Shown: positions 20,646 to 30,602, numbered from the stretch's first letter. The stretch: DNA of 64,000 nucleotides from Desulfobacterales bacterium (GCA_040771865.1 JAXGZF010000006.1:124001-188000); one strand, 5' to 3'. Made by a program: numbers and translations. Notes: generated by a model from the letters alone, not told the origin.

Positions 20646-20823
20646 TGATGAAGTCGTAATAAGTCAAAATTTAGATGGCAAAGTAAAAAGACCAAGTTCA
20701 AGGCGTCGTAAATCCCGAGGAATGAGGCGCACTGAGGGTGCGCCGCAATGACGAGGGATGCAGCGCAACGAAGAAATTGGACTTTTTACGAAGCCATCAT
20801 GTTTGAGGGTATCGTAAAAAGTC
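20646..20823. repeat. MITE/REP-like element family B with extra flanking half-sites
   Basis: Core 20674-20798 is bounded by imperfect inverted repeats gatggcaaagtaaaaag / ctttttacgaagccatc and has an internal hairpin ggcgcac-tgagg-gtgcgcc. Further end-like copies: tgatgaagtcgtaataagtc (20646) and tgagggtatcgtaaaaagtc (20804). Confidence 0.7.
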
Positions 20824-20849
20824 GAAATTGCAATGAGTCAGATAAAACC

Positions 20850-21548
20850 ATGTCGTTAAAATGGCTGTGCGTCCAGATCACATCCATGGACTACGCCGAG
20901 GCTCTGGATCTTCAGCGCCGTCTGGTTGCGGCCAGAATCTCCGGGGATCTTGACAAAGACATAGTCCTGATCCTCGAGCATCCGCCTGTGTTTACCCTTG
21001 GCCGGAGAGGGGGCCTGGAAAACCTGAAAGTGCCGGAAAGCTTTCTGAAACAATCCGGCATTCCGGTCGTCCAGGTCGAGCGGGGCGGCACGATCACCTA
21101 CCACGGCCCGGGCCAGCTGGTGGTCTATCCGATTGTCCGTCTTCGGGACCTGAAAATGCGCGTGGCGGATTATGTCGAGCGCCTCGAAGAAATCATGATC
21201 CGCACGGCCGCAGACCTTGGAGTTCAGGTTGAGCGAAACGCGCAGAACCGGGGCGTGTGGGTTAAAAACCGCAAACTGGGCAGCATCGGGGTTGCCATCC
21301 GCCGGGGGGTGAGCTTTCACGGTCTGGCTTTAAATGTCGATCCGTCATTGACGCCGTTTGAATGGGTGCATCCCTGCGGGCTTCAGGGAATTCGAATGAC
21401 CTCTATTGCTAAGGAACGCGCCTGCACGGTTTCGATGACGCAGGCAAGAGAGGTTTTGACGCGCCGGATCGAAGATGTTTTCGGCGTCAAGCTGATGATG
21501 ACGGATATTGAAAATTTACCAATCTTTGTGAGACAAACTGATCGATGA
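20850..21548 (+). CDS. lipB: Lipoyl(octanoyl) transferase
   Basis: EHPPVFTLG, RGGTITYHGPGQLVVYPI, KLGSIG, FHGLALN and PCG motifs. Start at 20850; the upstream extension lies in the repeat. Confidence 0.96.
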   Translation: MSLKWLCVQITSMDYAEALDLQRRLVAARISGDLDKDIVLILEHPPVFTLGRRGGLENLKVPESFLKQSGIPVVQVERGGTITYHGPGQLVVYPIVRLRDLKMRVADYVERLEEIMIRTAADLGVQVERNAQNRGVWVKNRKLGSIGVAIRRGVSFHGLALNVDPSLTPFEWVHPCGLQGIRMTSIAKERACTVSMTQAREVLTRRIEDVFGVKLMMTDIENLPIFVRQTDR

Positions 21549-22423
21549 GCGCTGAAAATCCAACCAGAATCCGAAAGCCCGTCTGGCTCAAGCAAAAGCT
21601 TCCCACCGGCGATGCCTACGAGCACATCCGGGGCATGTTAAAGCAAAACCGGCTTCACACCGTCTGCCAGGAAGCCAAATGCCCAAACATGTGGCAGTGT
21701 TTTTCCCGTCAGACCTCGACCTTTCTGATCATGGGGCCGCGATGCACCCGAAACTGCCGGTTCTGCGCGGTGGAACACGGACCGACGGGGCCGCCGGACC
21801 CGGAAGAACCCGCCAGAGTGGCCGAGGTGGTCAAAAACATGGGCCTGGAATATGCGGTGATTACCTCCGTGAGCCGGGACGATCTGCCCGACGGCGGTGC
21901 GCATTGTTTTGTCAAAACCGTGCAGGAAATTCACAAGGTCCTGCCCGATGCCCAGGTGGAGGTTCTGATCCCGGATTTTCAGGGAAACGCCGATGCGCTT
22001 TACGCGGTTCTGGATTCGGGAATCGCTGTTTTAAACCACAACCTTGAAACCGTGCCCCGGCTTTATCCCTCGGTTCGCCCGGAAGCGATCTACCGGCGAT
22101 CGCTGGATCTTCTGTCGCAGGCAAAAAAATACAATGCACGCATTGCCACCAAATCCGGCCTCATGTTCGGCCTGGGGGAAACCTCGGATGAAATTCGCCG
22201 CACGCTTGAGGACTTAAGGAATTCCGGCTGCGATCTGTTAACCCTCGGGCAGTATCTTCAGCCCTCGGCCAGCCGCCTGCCCGTGGAACGCTTCGTTCAT
22301 CCGGATGAATTTGCATCATGGCGGCAAACCTCCCTCGAAATGGGTTTTGCAGCCGTTGCATCCGGGCCGTTTGTGCGAAGTTCTTACAAGGCAAAAGAGC
22401 TTTTCAATGCCGCAACCGCATGA
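21545..22423 (+). CDS. lipA: Lipoyl synthase
   Basis: CQEAKCPNMWQC, CTRNCRFC, HNLETV, GQYLQP and VRSSY motifs. Confidence 0.97.
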   Translation: MSAENPTRIRKPVWLKQKLPTGDAYEHIRGMLKQNRLHTVCQEAKCPNMWQCFSRQTSTFLIMGPRCTRNCRFCAVEHGPTGPPDPEEPARVAEVVKNMGLEYAVITSVSRDDLPDGGAHCFVKTVQEIHKVLPDAQVEVLIPDFQGNADALYAVLDSGIAVLNHNLETVPRLYPSVRPEAIYRRSLDLLSQAKKYNARIATKSGLMFGLGETSDEIRRTLEDLRNSGCDLLTLGQYLQPSASRLPVERFVHPDEFASWRQTSLEMGFAAVASGPFVRSSYKAKELFNAATA

Positions 22424-22674
22424 CGTCCCGCACCTCATCTAACAGTTTTCTATCTGTTGTTGACATATCGCATGAAATGAGATTTTAAGAATTGATATTA
22501 TTTCAGGGCAAATATGCCCGAAAATACCCTTAATTTTATAATCACGGCAAATCGACCTGATAGTCAATGGTTCCCGCGGCGCTTCGCGCCTCCCGGCAAC
22601 CGACTTGCCGTTATCCGGTGAAAATTCGCCCGTCAACTCACCGTTCGGCAGTACAACACAAATTATAATGAGGT

Positions 22675-23166
22675 ATGATAATGAAAATAAGTAATAAAGT
22701 TTATTATCTGATAATATTTTTAGTTGTTTGGCATTTGTTGCCTCTTTCTTTGCAGGCCGGTGAAAATTCTGAATTGTCAAAAGGTCAAACCTTATATGTG
22801 CCTGCATATTCCCATATATACAGTGGCGATAATGAAAAACCATTCTTGTTGACTATAACGCTCAGCATTAGAAATATTGATATGAAGCAGTCGATCACAG
22901 TTACGAAGGTTGATTATTATGAAACAAAAGGTGATCTATTAAAAAAGATGTTGGATACATCAGTCACTTTAAAACCGTTAGAATCAATTCGATACGTTAT
23001 ACCGCAAAAAGACAAAACCGGAGGATCTGGCGCTAATTTTATTGTTGAATGGGAGGCCGTCGACTACGTTAACCCACCAATTGTTGAAACAGTAATGATT
23101 GGGACGCAGGCTCAACAAGGTGTTTCATTCACCTCCCGCGGTCATGCAATTAAAACCACAAAATAA
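22675..23166 (+). CDS. DUF3124-like exported protein (AT-rich gene)
   Basis: Signal-peptide-like N-terminus; GQTLYVPAYSHIY, TLSIRN, GGSGANFIVEW and SFTSRG motifs. Confidence 0.8.
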   Translation: MIMKISNKVYYLIIFLVVWHLLPLSLQAGENSELSKGQTLYVPAYSHIYSGDNEKPFLLTITLSIRNIDMKQSITVTKVDYYETKGDLLKKMLDTSVTLKPLESIRYVIPQKDKTGGSGANFIVEWEAVDYVNPPIVETVMIGTQAQQGVSFTSRGHAIKTTK

Positions 23167-23331
23167 GAGTGCTTGCCAATCCTGGCGACGGTCTCTTGTA
23201 GAATGAAAACCCATCAATAGATTATTCTTTACACCCTAGGGTGGCGAACAGAAATTCCGACTTGCGCCGAAGACCCGACGATGGTAAAAAGGGGGTCATT
23301 GCGATTACACCCTGAATCACAGGAGGCTTTC

Positions 23332-23610
23332 ATGAGTGATGCAGCCAAGCTCGACGCAGTTCGCCAACTTCTGCAAAACGCATTTCCAAAGGGAACCATC
23401 AAGGAGGATGTGGATCCGGACGAAATCGGCCGGCGATTCACCGTAACGTGCCAGGGCGCCAGATACATCACCGTCATTTCCCGGGAGTTTCTCGATTCCC
23501 ACGCTCCGGAACGGATTGCCGACAAGCTCAACTCCTTTCTGCTGATCGAACATCTTCGGGACATGAAAGACACGACCGTCATTGTGACCAACGGAGGCCT
23601 GAGCCTCTGA
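23332..23610 (+). CDS. Hypothetical protein (92 aa)
   Basis: AGGAGG RBS before ATG 23332; fills the gap co-directionally. Confidence 0.7.
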   Translation: MSDAAKLDAVRQLLQNAFPKGTIKEDVDPDEIGRRFTVTCQGARYITVISREFLDSHAPERIADKLNSFLLIEHLRDMKDTTVIVTNGGLSL

Positions 23611-23640
23611 TTTTTTGAAAGGAATATTTAACTAACTGTC

Positions 23641-24075
23641 ATGACGTTTGAATCCGAAATCATCATCGAAAAACCCGTTCAAACGGTTTTTGAATTTACC
23701 ACGCGTTTTGAAAACAATGTCCAGTGGCAAACCGGGCTGCTGGAGTCTGTCCAGACATCGCCGGGTCCCATCGGGCCCGGCGCCACCTACCGTTGCCTGA
23801 ACCGCTTTCTCGGGCGGGAAATCGAAACCCAGGGCATTGTCACCAACTACGAGCCGCACTCGAAATGCGCCTACAGCATCGAATCCGGGCCGGTCGCCGG
23901 CCGAAGCAGTTTCGAATTCGAGCCGGTCGCCGAAGGCACCCGGGTCGTCTTCAGCGGGGATGCCGACCTGAGCGGTTTTTCCTTTGCCAAGATGCTGATG
24001 GTTCCAAAGATCAGAAAACAGATTGCCAACGATCTGGCCGCGCTGAAAAAGTTTCTGGAGAATCATGACGTCTGA
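23641..24075 (+). CDS. SRPBCC (polyketide cyclase/START-like) family protein
   Basis: IIIEKPVQTVFEF...W, GPIGPGATY, FEPVAEGTRV and a C-terminal helix DLAALKKFLE. Confidence 0.85.
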   Translation: MTFESEIIIEKPVQTVFEFTTRFENNVQWQTGLLESVQTSPGPIGPGATYRCLNRFLGREIETQGIVTNYEPHSKCAYSIESGPVAGRSSFEFEPVAEGTRVVFSGDADLSGFSFAKMLMVPKIRKQIANDLAALKKFLENHDV

Positions 24076-24168
24076 TCCGGTACGGCGGAAAGCCATTCGA
24101 TCATTGCGCCAGACGACTCCTCTTTTTTTGAGCATCCGGCAACCCATTTTGCACTGAATTCCCGCAAT

Positions 24169-25131
24169 ATGGAGCCTTTAATCTACCTGGCGCCCATGCA
24201 GGGCTATACGGACGTGGTTTTCCGCCAGACCTGGGCGCGGTTTTTTGAAGGCATCGATCTGGCCGTCGCTCCTTTCATCACGCCGCTGAAGGGCCGCCGC
24301 AACACCGCCGCTCGATTCAGGGACCTGGTTCCGGAAAACAACGCCGCCATGCCGGTGATTCCCCAGATTCTGACCCGGCATTCGGAAGAATTCATTGACA
24401 CCGCCGGACCGCTTTACGATCTGGGCTACGATGCGGTCAACTGGAATCTGGGCTGTCCGTTTCCCATGGTGGCAAAGAAACAAAAAGGCTCGGGCATGCT
24501 GCCCTATCCGGACCGAATCGACCGGTTTCTCGAAACCGTGATTCCGGCCATTCCCAACCGGGTTTCCATCAAGACCCGGATCGGCCGCAACCACAGGGAG
24601 GAGATTCTGGACCTGCTGCCCGTATTCAACCGGTATCCGCTGGAAACCGTCATCATTCATCCCCGAACCGGGGTTCAGATGTATGAAGGCGCTCCGGATC
24701 TGGCTGTTTTTAAGACCTGCCTGGAAAATCTCAAGACTCCGGTGGTTTACAACGGAGACATTCGTTCCAAAGCTGATTTTGAAGCGCTTCGCGAAAGCTT
24801 TCCCGGAGTTTCCGGGTGGATGGTGGGCCGGGGAGCGCTGGCGGATCCTTTTCTGCCGGCGACCATGAAGGGGCGGACTCGAAGCCGTCTTCAAAGAATT
24901 GAAACCTTCAGGGCCTTTCACGACGCCCTGGTTGAAAACTACGCACAGGTCATGGACGGACCCGGCCATCTGATCTCCAGAATGAAGGGGTTCTGGTCCT
25001 ATTTTGCCATCGGGTTTGAAAACGGAGCCCGAATATTGAAAAAAATTCGCAAAACCCACGGCATCGCGCCTTACCGGGAACTGACAGCGGCGTTTTTCGA
25101 AGCGCAGGGCCAGACAGCGGACCGGGACTGA
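24169..25131 (+). CDS. tRNA-dihydrouridine synthase family protein
   Basis: LAPMQGYTD, NLGCP, SIKTRIG, IHPRT, YNGDI and MVGRG motifs. Confidence 0.92.
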   Translation: MEPLIYLAPMQGYTDVVFRQTWARFFEGIDLAVAPFITPLKGRRNTAARFRDLVPENNAAMPVIPQILTRHSEEFIDTAGPLYDLGYDAVNWNLGCPFPMVAKKQKGSGMLPYPDRIDRFLETVIPAIPNRVSIKTRIGRNHREEILDLLPVFNRYPLETVIIHPRTGVQMYEGAPDLAVFKTCLENLKTPVVYNGDIRSKADFEALRESFPGVSGWMVGRGALADPFLPATMKGRTRSRLQRIETFRAFHDALVENYAQVMDGPGHLISRMKGFWSYFAIGFENGARILKKIRKTHGIAPYRELTAAFFEAQGQTADRD

Positions 25132-25217
25132 AAAGCCGTCGGCGATCGCCTTTTATATCGACAATCCGGTTGACAATTCAAGGATTTGTCCTTATATGAA
25201 GCCAATGCGAAAAACTG

Positions 25218-25242
25218 CGGGCCGGAAACCGGCCCGTTTTTT
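25218..25242 (+). terminator. Intrinsic terminator-like hairpin between dus and prfC
   Basis: cgggccgg-aaa-ccggcccg followed by tttttt. Confidence 0.65.
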
Positions 25243-25265
25243 ATTTATGTTTTTTTTGAGGATGC

Positions 25266-26855
25266 ATGGACGTCAAACAACATCGTAAAGAAGTCGATCG
25301 CCGAAGAACCTTTGGCATCATCAGCCATCCGGACGCCGGAAAAACCACCCTGACGGAAAAGCTGCTGCTGTTCGGCGGCGCCATTCAGATGGCCGGCGCG
25401 ATCAAGGCGCGCAAAGCAGCCCGCCACGCCACCAGCGACTGGATGGCCATTGAAAAGGAACGCGGCATTTCGGTGACCACCTCGGTGATGAAATTCAATC
25501 ACCGGCATTTTGAAATCAACCTTCTGGACACGCCGGGTCACCAGGATTTTTCCGAAGACACCTACCGGGTGCTGACCGCCGTGGACAGCGCATTAATGGT
25601 TATCGACAGCGCCAAGGGCGTGGAAACCCAGACGGAAAAGCTGATGGAGGTGTGCCGGATGCGGAATATACCGATCATCACCTTCATCAACAAGATGGAC
25701 CGGGAAGGCATGGCGCCCCTGGACCTGATCGCCGACATCGAGGACAAGCTTCAGATCGAATGCGTGCCGTTTTCCTGGCCCATCGGCGCCGGGAAAGCCT
25801 TCAAGGGCGTTTACAATCTTTACCGGAAGGAACTTCAGCTGTTCACCCCCGGTGGACAGGTGCGTCACCAGGATGCGCTCGTCATCTCGAATCTCAACGA
25901 TTCCAGGCTGGACGAAATTCTGGATTCCCAGGCGGCAACGCTTCGCGATGACGTTGAACTTCTCAAGGGCGCGACCGCTTCCTTTGACGCCGATCACTAC
26001 GGCCGGGGCAATCAGTCTCCGGTTTTCTTCGGAAGCGCGATCAACAACTTCGGCATTCGGGAACTGCTCGACGCCCTGGTGGAAATCACGCCGGGCCCCA
26101 GGCCCCGTCAGGCCGCATCCAGAACCGTATCGCCTTACGAGCCGGCCTTCTCCGGATTCGTCTTTAAGATTCAGGCCAACATGGACCCGGCCCACCGCGA
26201 CCGGATCGCTTTTTTCCGCATCTGTTCGGGACGGTTTCAACGGGGCATGAAGGTGATGCACCACCGGCTCGGCAAGGAAATCGCCATTGCCAACGCAACG
26301 ATCTTCCTTGCCCAGGACCGGACCAACGTGGAAGACGCCTATCCCGGAGACATCATCGGCATTCACAACCACGGCACGATCAAAATCGGCGATACCTTCA
26401 CGGAAAAAGAGCCCCTGCAGTTCACCGGGATTCCCAACTTCGCGCCGGAGCATTTCCGCCGGATCCGGCTGAAGAACCCCCTGAAGGCCAAGCAGCTTCA
26501 CAAGGGCCTGGTTCAGCTCAGCGAGGAGGGGGCCGTGCAGATCTTCCGCCCCCTGATGAGCAGCGATTATATCCTGGGCGCCGTAGGCGTTCTGCAGTTT
26601 GACGTCACCATCGACCGGCTCCGTAACGAATACGGAGTGGATGCGGTTTATGAGCCTGTGGATTACGCCACGGCCAGGTGGGTCGCCTGCCCGGACAAGA
26701 TGATGCTGGAACGCTTTGAAAAGGAAAAGCGCGCCGATCTGGCCAGAGACGGCCAGGGGCATCTGGCTTTCCTGGCCCCCAGCCAGTGGCGGCTGGAATA
26801 CACCATGGAACAATGGCTGGATATCGAGTTTCACAAAACCTCCGAACACGGATAA
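25266..26855 (+). CDS. prfC: Peptide chain release factor 3
   Basis: [34 protein letters not shown] and [14 protein letters not shown] motifs. Confidence 0.98.
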   Translation: MDVKQHRKEVDRRRTFGIISHPDAGKTTLTEKLLLFGGAIQMAGAIKARKAARHATSDWMAIEKERGISVTTSVMKFNHRHFEINLLDTPGHQDFSEDTYRVLTAVDSALMVIDSAKGVETQTEKLMEVCRMRNIPIITFINKMDREGMAPLDLIADIEDKLQIECVPFSWPIGAGKAFKGVYNLYRKELQLFTPGGQVRHQDALVISNLNDSRLDEILDSQAATLRDDVELLKGATASFDADHYGRGNQSPVFFGSAINNFGIRELLDALVEITPGPRPRQAASRTVSPYEPAFSGFVFKIQANMDPAHRDRIAFFRICSGRFQRGMKVMHHRLGKEIAIANATIFLAQDRTNVEDAYPGDIIGIHNHGTIKIGDTFTEKEPLQFTGIPNFAPEHFRRIRLKNPLKAKQLHKGLVQLSEEGAVQIFRPLMSSDYILGAVGVLQFDVTIDRLRNEYGVDAVYEPVDYATARWVACPDKMMLERFEKEKRADLARDGQGHLAFLAPSQWRLEYTMEQWLDIEFHKTSEHG

Positions 26856-26927
26856 ATTCCGGGTGCATTCATTCCGGCGCGCAGCTCGCCGGCTGTTCGT
26901 TAATTTTACAGAATTCCGGGACGATAG

Positions 26928-27542
26928 ATGAAACGATTCTTTCTAACACTGCTTTACGGCGGCATTTTATTTCTTCTCATTCGGATGTTTCTGCCCCAGG
27001 CTCCGGCGCTAAGAAATCCTTCGCCGGACGGGGAAAACATCATCTGTTTCGGTGACAGCCTGACGTATGGAATCGGCGCAAGTCCCGGCATGGACTATCC
27101 CGCCCAGCTGTCCGGAATGATATCCCTGCCGGTCATCAATGCCGGCCGGCCGGGCGACACCACGGCGGATGCGCTCGCTCGCCTTGAGGACGATGTTCTG
27201 TCCAGATCGCCGCGGATCGTTCTGATAACCCTCGGAGGAAACGATTTTAAAAACCGTCTTCCCCGGAACAAGGCCTTTGAAAACCTGAGGCAGATCATTG
27301 GAAAGATTCAGGATCAGGGGGCTCTTGTCGTTATCGGGGGAATCAAGATTCCCCTGTGGGGCGCGGAACTGGAAAAGGAATACCGGCAGCTGGCCCGAGA
27401 AACCGGGTCCCTGATTGTTCCGAATATTTATAAAGACGTATTCGGCAACTCCAGCCGCATGAGTGATCCCATTCACCCGAATGACGCCGGATACCGGGTC
27501 ATCGCGGACAGATTCCGGGAAGTTGTCGCTCCTTATCTCTGA
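26928..27542 (+). CDS. SGNH/GDSL arylesterase-like lipase
   Basis: FGDSLT, GGND and DPIHPN motifs; hydrophobic N-terminus. Confidence 0.9.
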   Translation: MKRFFLTLLYGGILFLLIRMFLPQAPALRNPSPDGENIICFGDSLTYGIGASPGMDYPAQLSGMISLPVINAGRPGDTTADALARLEDDVLSRSPRIVLITLGGNDFKNRLPRNKAFENLRQIIGKIQDQGALVVIGGIKIPLWGAELEKEYRQLARETGSLIVPNIYKDVFGNSSRMSDPIHPNDAGYRVIADRFREVVAPYL

Positions 27543-27907
27543 TCGGAATTCCCAACCGGCGCGACCCGGAACATCCGGATTCCGAAATGTCCGCGTAAGC
27601 AAAATTTCTCTTTGATGCCGGGCTTTGACCGTGGCTTGAGAGATCGGAGCCCGGCCCCGTCCAGAAAAACCGGGGTTCCGGCTAAATCCCCAATTTTAAT
27701 ATTTCAATTTATATCAAAATGTTATAAATACAAACAGGACTTCTGCCAGCGGCGTTCGTAAAATCGGCGCTGCCTGCAGGAGGTCTGAATGGCGTTTTTC
27801 CGCCGAAAGCGGAACATGCCGCAAAAACCAGCAAACGGTTTAACGCGGTATTTCCGTAATTCCGGAAGCGCCGGAACCATCCGCCTTTTACAGAAAGGAA
27901 ATTCTGA

Positions 27908-28204
27908 ATGCAAAGATATGCGATTTATGAACCGACTACCATCACCGGAACCGTTCAGGTTCTGAATTGGAACGAAGCGGATGATACGATGACCATTCGC
28001 ATTATCACCGCAGGAGCCGTATATACGGTTGTTCCGACCAAAAAAGGAAACGAGCTCTTTTATCTTGAAAACGAGAAAGTCGAGGTTACCGGCGCCGTTA
28101 CCGAAAGCGACCAGGGGTTGATGATCGACGTTTCAACCTACGACGTTCCGGATACCGAATCCGCCACGGACTACAAGTACCTGCTGGACGACAACAGCGA
28201 GTAG
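27908..28204 (+). CDS. Hypothetical protein (98 aa, acidic, beta-rich)
   Basis: AAAGGA RBS, plausible composition and a downstream terminator. Confidence 0.7.
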   Translation: MQRYAIYEPTTITGTVQVLNWNEADDTMTIRIITAGAVYTVVPTKKGNELFYLENEKVEVTGAVTESDQGLMIDVSTYDVPDTESATDYKYLLDDNSE

Positions 28205-28243
28205 ACATGGATCGTGTTTCGTTTTGAAACGAGCCAGAAAATT

Positions 28244-28285
28244 TGACCCGATGCACGGATTTCCCTGCATCGGGTTTTCTTTTTT
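28244..28285 (+). terminator. Intrinsic terminator
   Basis: acccgatgca-cggatttccc-tgcatcgggt followed by tttctttttt. Confidence 0.7.
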
Positions 28286-28578
28286 CCGGTTTGATCACTT
28301 GCGGGTAGCCAGGAAAACCCCAATCGTGATATAAAACGGCAAGCAGCGGTGCCTGTGTATTCGACCCGAAAAAAGGCAATTCAGCTGAAAATTAAATTAT
28401 TATTTTCAACCGGTCCGGCGGTTTCTGGAATAATCGGAAGCATCGTTCGGGCGGTTCCGGGGGCCGAAACCTTTCGCCGCAATGGATCTTGTTTTCCGGA
28501 CTTTTTCGAACGGTTTGCCGAAGAGCCGCCGGCATGAGCCAGCAGATAAAATAATTTTATCATGAAAGGGGATGGACG

Positions 28579-28875
28579 ATGAACGCCGGAATTTTTTTTA
28601 CAGGCACGGGACCGATTCTGATTCTCACCACATTTGATTCGCTTGCAAATGACAAGATCGTAAAAAAGCTCGCCTCAAAAGGGGTTCGGAAATATATTGC
28701 CTACGAGGCGCCTCTGGACCTCGTCAGAGAAAAATACGGCACCTATTTCACCACGATCGCTGGCGATCTGAATCCGGAAGACGATCTGCGCGTGCTGGAT
28801 TACGACGGCCACAATGTCTTTGAGAACTTCTGTTTTGAAGAACTCGGGGCGCCGATTTTCCACGAACCCGAATAA
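28579..28875 (+). CDS. Hypothetical cytoplasmic protein (98 aa)
   Basis: Purine-rich RBS region; globular-looking sequence (FTGTGPILILT, DLRVLDYDGH). Confidence 0.75.
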   Translation: MNAGIFFTGTGPILILTTFDSLANDKIVKKLASKGVRKYIAYEAPLDLVREKYGTYFTTIAGDLNPEDDLRVLDYDGHNVFENFCFEELGAPIFHEPE

Positions 28876-28887
28876 AATACCATGTTT

Positions 28888-29109
28888 TCAAAGGGGATGA
28901 ATGCCGCCGGTTTCCACGCGGCCTGCCAGAGCTTCCTGTAAGGCCCGCTGATCCTGGGGGGAAAATCGAATGCACACCCCGCAATCCGAACTCAGATTCC
29001 GGGGCACGGGGATCATCTTGATGACGATGCCCGCCTCTTTGAGCAGTTTTTCCGCTAGCAGCGTATGGTTGACGGACTGAAACAGGGCCACGCAGTAGGA
29101 GCCGCTCAT
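28888..29109 (-). CDS. DUF3343-like small protein (putative Se/S carrier)
   Basis: F.S....L.AEK.LK and IPVPRNLSSDCGVCIRF pattern; downstream of a class V aminotransferase. Confidence 0.82.
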   Translation of the reverse strand: MSGSYCVALFQSVNHTLLAEKLLKEAGIVIKMIPVPRNLSSDCGVCIRFSPQDQRALQEALAGRVETGGIHPL

Positions 29110-29173
29110 CGGTTCACCTGTCCGCCGGGGCTGAGAAGAAAGTGCATAGGGGCGCTGAAACGCATCGCATCGA

Positions 29174-30355
29174 CTATGCCGGGCATGATGATTTCCTTCG
29201 GGATAAAAAAGAAAGGCCTTCGATCGCGTTCAAGGCCATATCGATCTGCTTCCGGGTGTTGAAGTAACCGAAGCTGAAGCGAACGGTTCCGTGAGGCGCG
29301 GTTCCCAGGGTCCGATGGGCCGAAGGAGCGCAGTGCAGCCCTGGCCGGCACATGATCCCGTTGGCGTCGTCGAGTTGCAGTCCGACATCCGAAGCGCGCA
29401 TGCCGTCGATGTTAAAAGAGACTACCGGAACCCTGCCTCCCGGATCCGGATCTCCGTAAACCGTGACTCCGGATATGCATGAAGCGCCCTCCATGAAGGC
29501 GGCGGTCAGTTCCAGCTCTTTTTGCCGTATCTTCTCGATTCCGACCGAACCGATTTCCCTGATTCCCGCTCCCAGACCGATCAGTCCGATCGTGTTGAGC
29601 GTGCCGGATTCGTACTTGTCCGGCATGAACTCGGGCTGATGTTCGTGCTCGGAACGACTGCCGGTTCCGCCCATCATCAGCGGCCGCATGAAGGCATCAA
29701 TGCCTTTTCTTGCATAAAGTCCGCCGGTTCCCTGGGGCCCCAGCAGGCTCTTGTGGCCGGTGAATGCCAGAAGATCGATGTTCATCGCCTCTACATCGAT
29801 GGGAACCGCGCCGGCGCTCTGGGCCGCATCCACACAGAAGAGCACCTCATGCTCCCGGCAGACGCGGCCGACCTCGGCCACCGGCATGATCGTCCCCGTT
29901 ACATTGGAGGCGTGGGTGAGAAAAACAATCCGGGTGTTCTTTCGAATGGCGCGACGGACATCTTCCGAATCCAGCTGGCCGAGCGGGTTGCAGGGGACGA
30001 CGGTCAGCTCGGCTTTTAGAGCGGCTGTTGCCGCTCTCAGCGGCCGCATGACCGAATTGTGCTCCATGCTCGAAACGATCACGTGATCTCCGGATTGAAT
30101 CAGGCCGAAGATCACGATATTGAGGGCCTCGGTGGCATTTTTGGAGAAAACGATTCTCAGCGGATCATTTGCCCCGAAAAGCGAGGCCAGGGCATTCCGG
30201 GTTTCAAACACTTCCCGGCCGGCCTCAATGGACAGCCGGTGGCCGGAGCGTCCGGGACTTGCGCCGACAAACCGGAAATAGTTTTCCATGGCCGCGAGAA
30301 CGGCGTCGGGCTTCGGCCATGATGTGGCCGCATTATCAAAATAGATCGTTTCCAT
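29174..30355 (-). CDS. Class V aminotransferase, cysteine desulfurase/selenocysteine lyase-like
   Basis: IYFDNAATSWPKP, EHNSV, HASNVTG, DAAQSAG, FTGHK (PLP Lys) and GLHCAP (catalytic Cys) motifs. Confidence 0.92.
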   Translation of the reverse strand: METIYFDNAATSWPKPDAVLAAMENYFRFVGASPGRSGHRLSIEAGREVFETRNALASLFGANDPLRIVFSKNATEALNIVIFGLIQSGDHVIVSSMEHNSVMRPLRAATAALKAELTVVPCNPLGQLDSEDVRRAIRKNTRIVFLTHASNVTGTIMPVAEVGRVCREHEVLFCVDAAQSAGAVPIDVEAMNIDLLAFTGHKSLLGPQGTGGLYARKGIDAFMRPLMMGGTGSRSEHEHQPEFMPDKYESGTLNTIGLIGLGAGIREIGSVGIEKIRQKELELTAAFMEGASCISGVTVYGDPDPGGRVPVVSFNIDGMRASDVGLQLDDANGIMCRPGLHCAPSAHRTLGTAPHGTVRFSFGYFNTRKQIDMALNAIEGLSFLSRRKSSCPA

Positions 30356-30602
30356 GTGACACGAACCTGAATGGGATTTTATTTCCCAGTCGATTAATTC
30401 ACCGGCCGGACTTTGTCAATTCGATAAAATCAATCTTAAAGCTCAACTATATCCAGATTTTGAATCCTTCCGGAACATGCATAGGGATATGCCGCAGATC
30501 CTTTTTTCAAACCGACCCGAATTTCTTGATTGAATCGTTTTGACTTATCATGATGAGTCGGTTATGAGAAATATTATTTGAGAATAATTTTAATAAATCA
30601 GG

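Noticed and set aside
20748..20849. N-terminal extension MTRDAAQRRNWTFYEAI of lipB
   Set aside because: It is a translation of repeat family B, not part of LipB.
29106..29351. 81-aa ORF overlapping the desulfurase 3' end
   Set aside because: Out-of-frame overlap with no motifs; not evidence of a frameshift or selenocysteine read-through.
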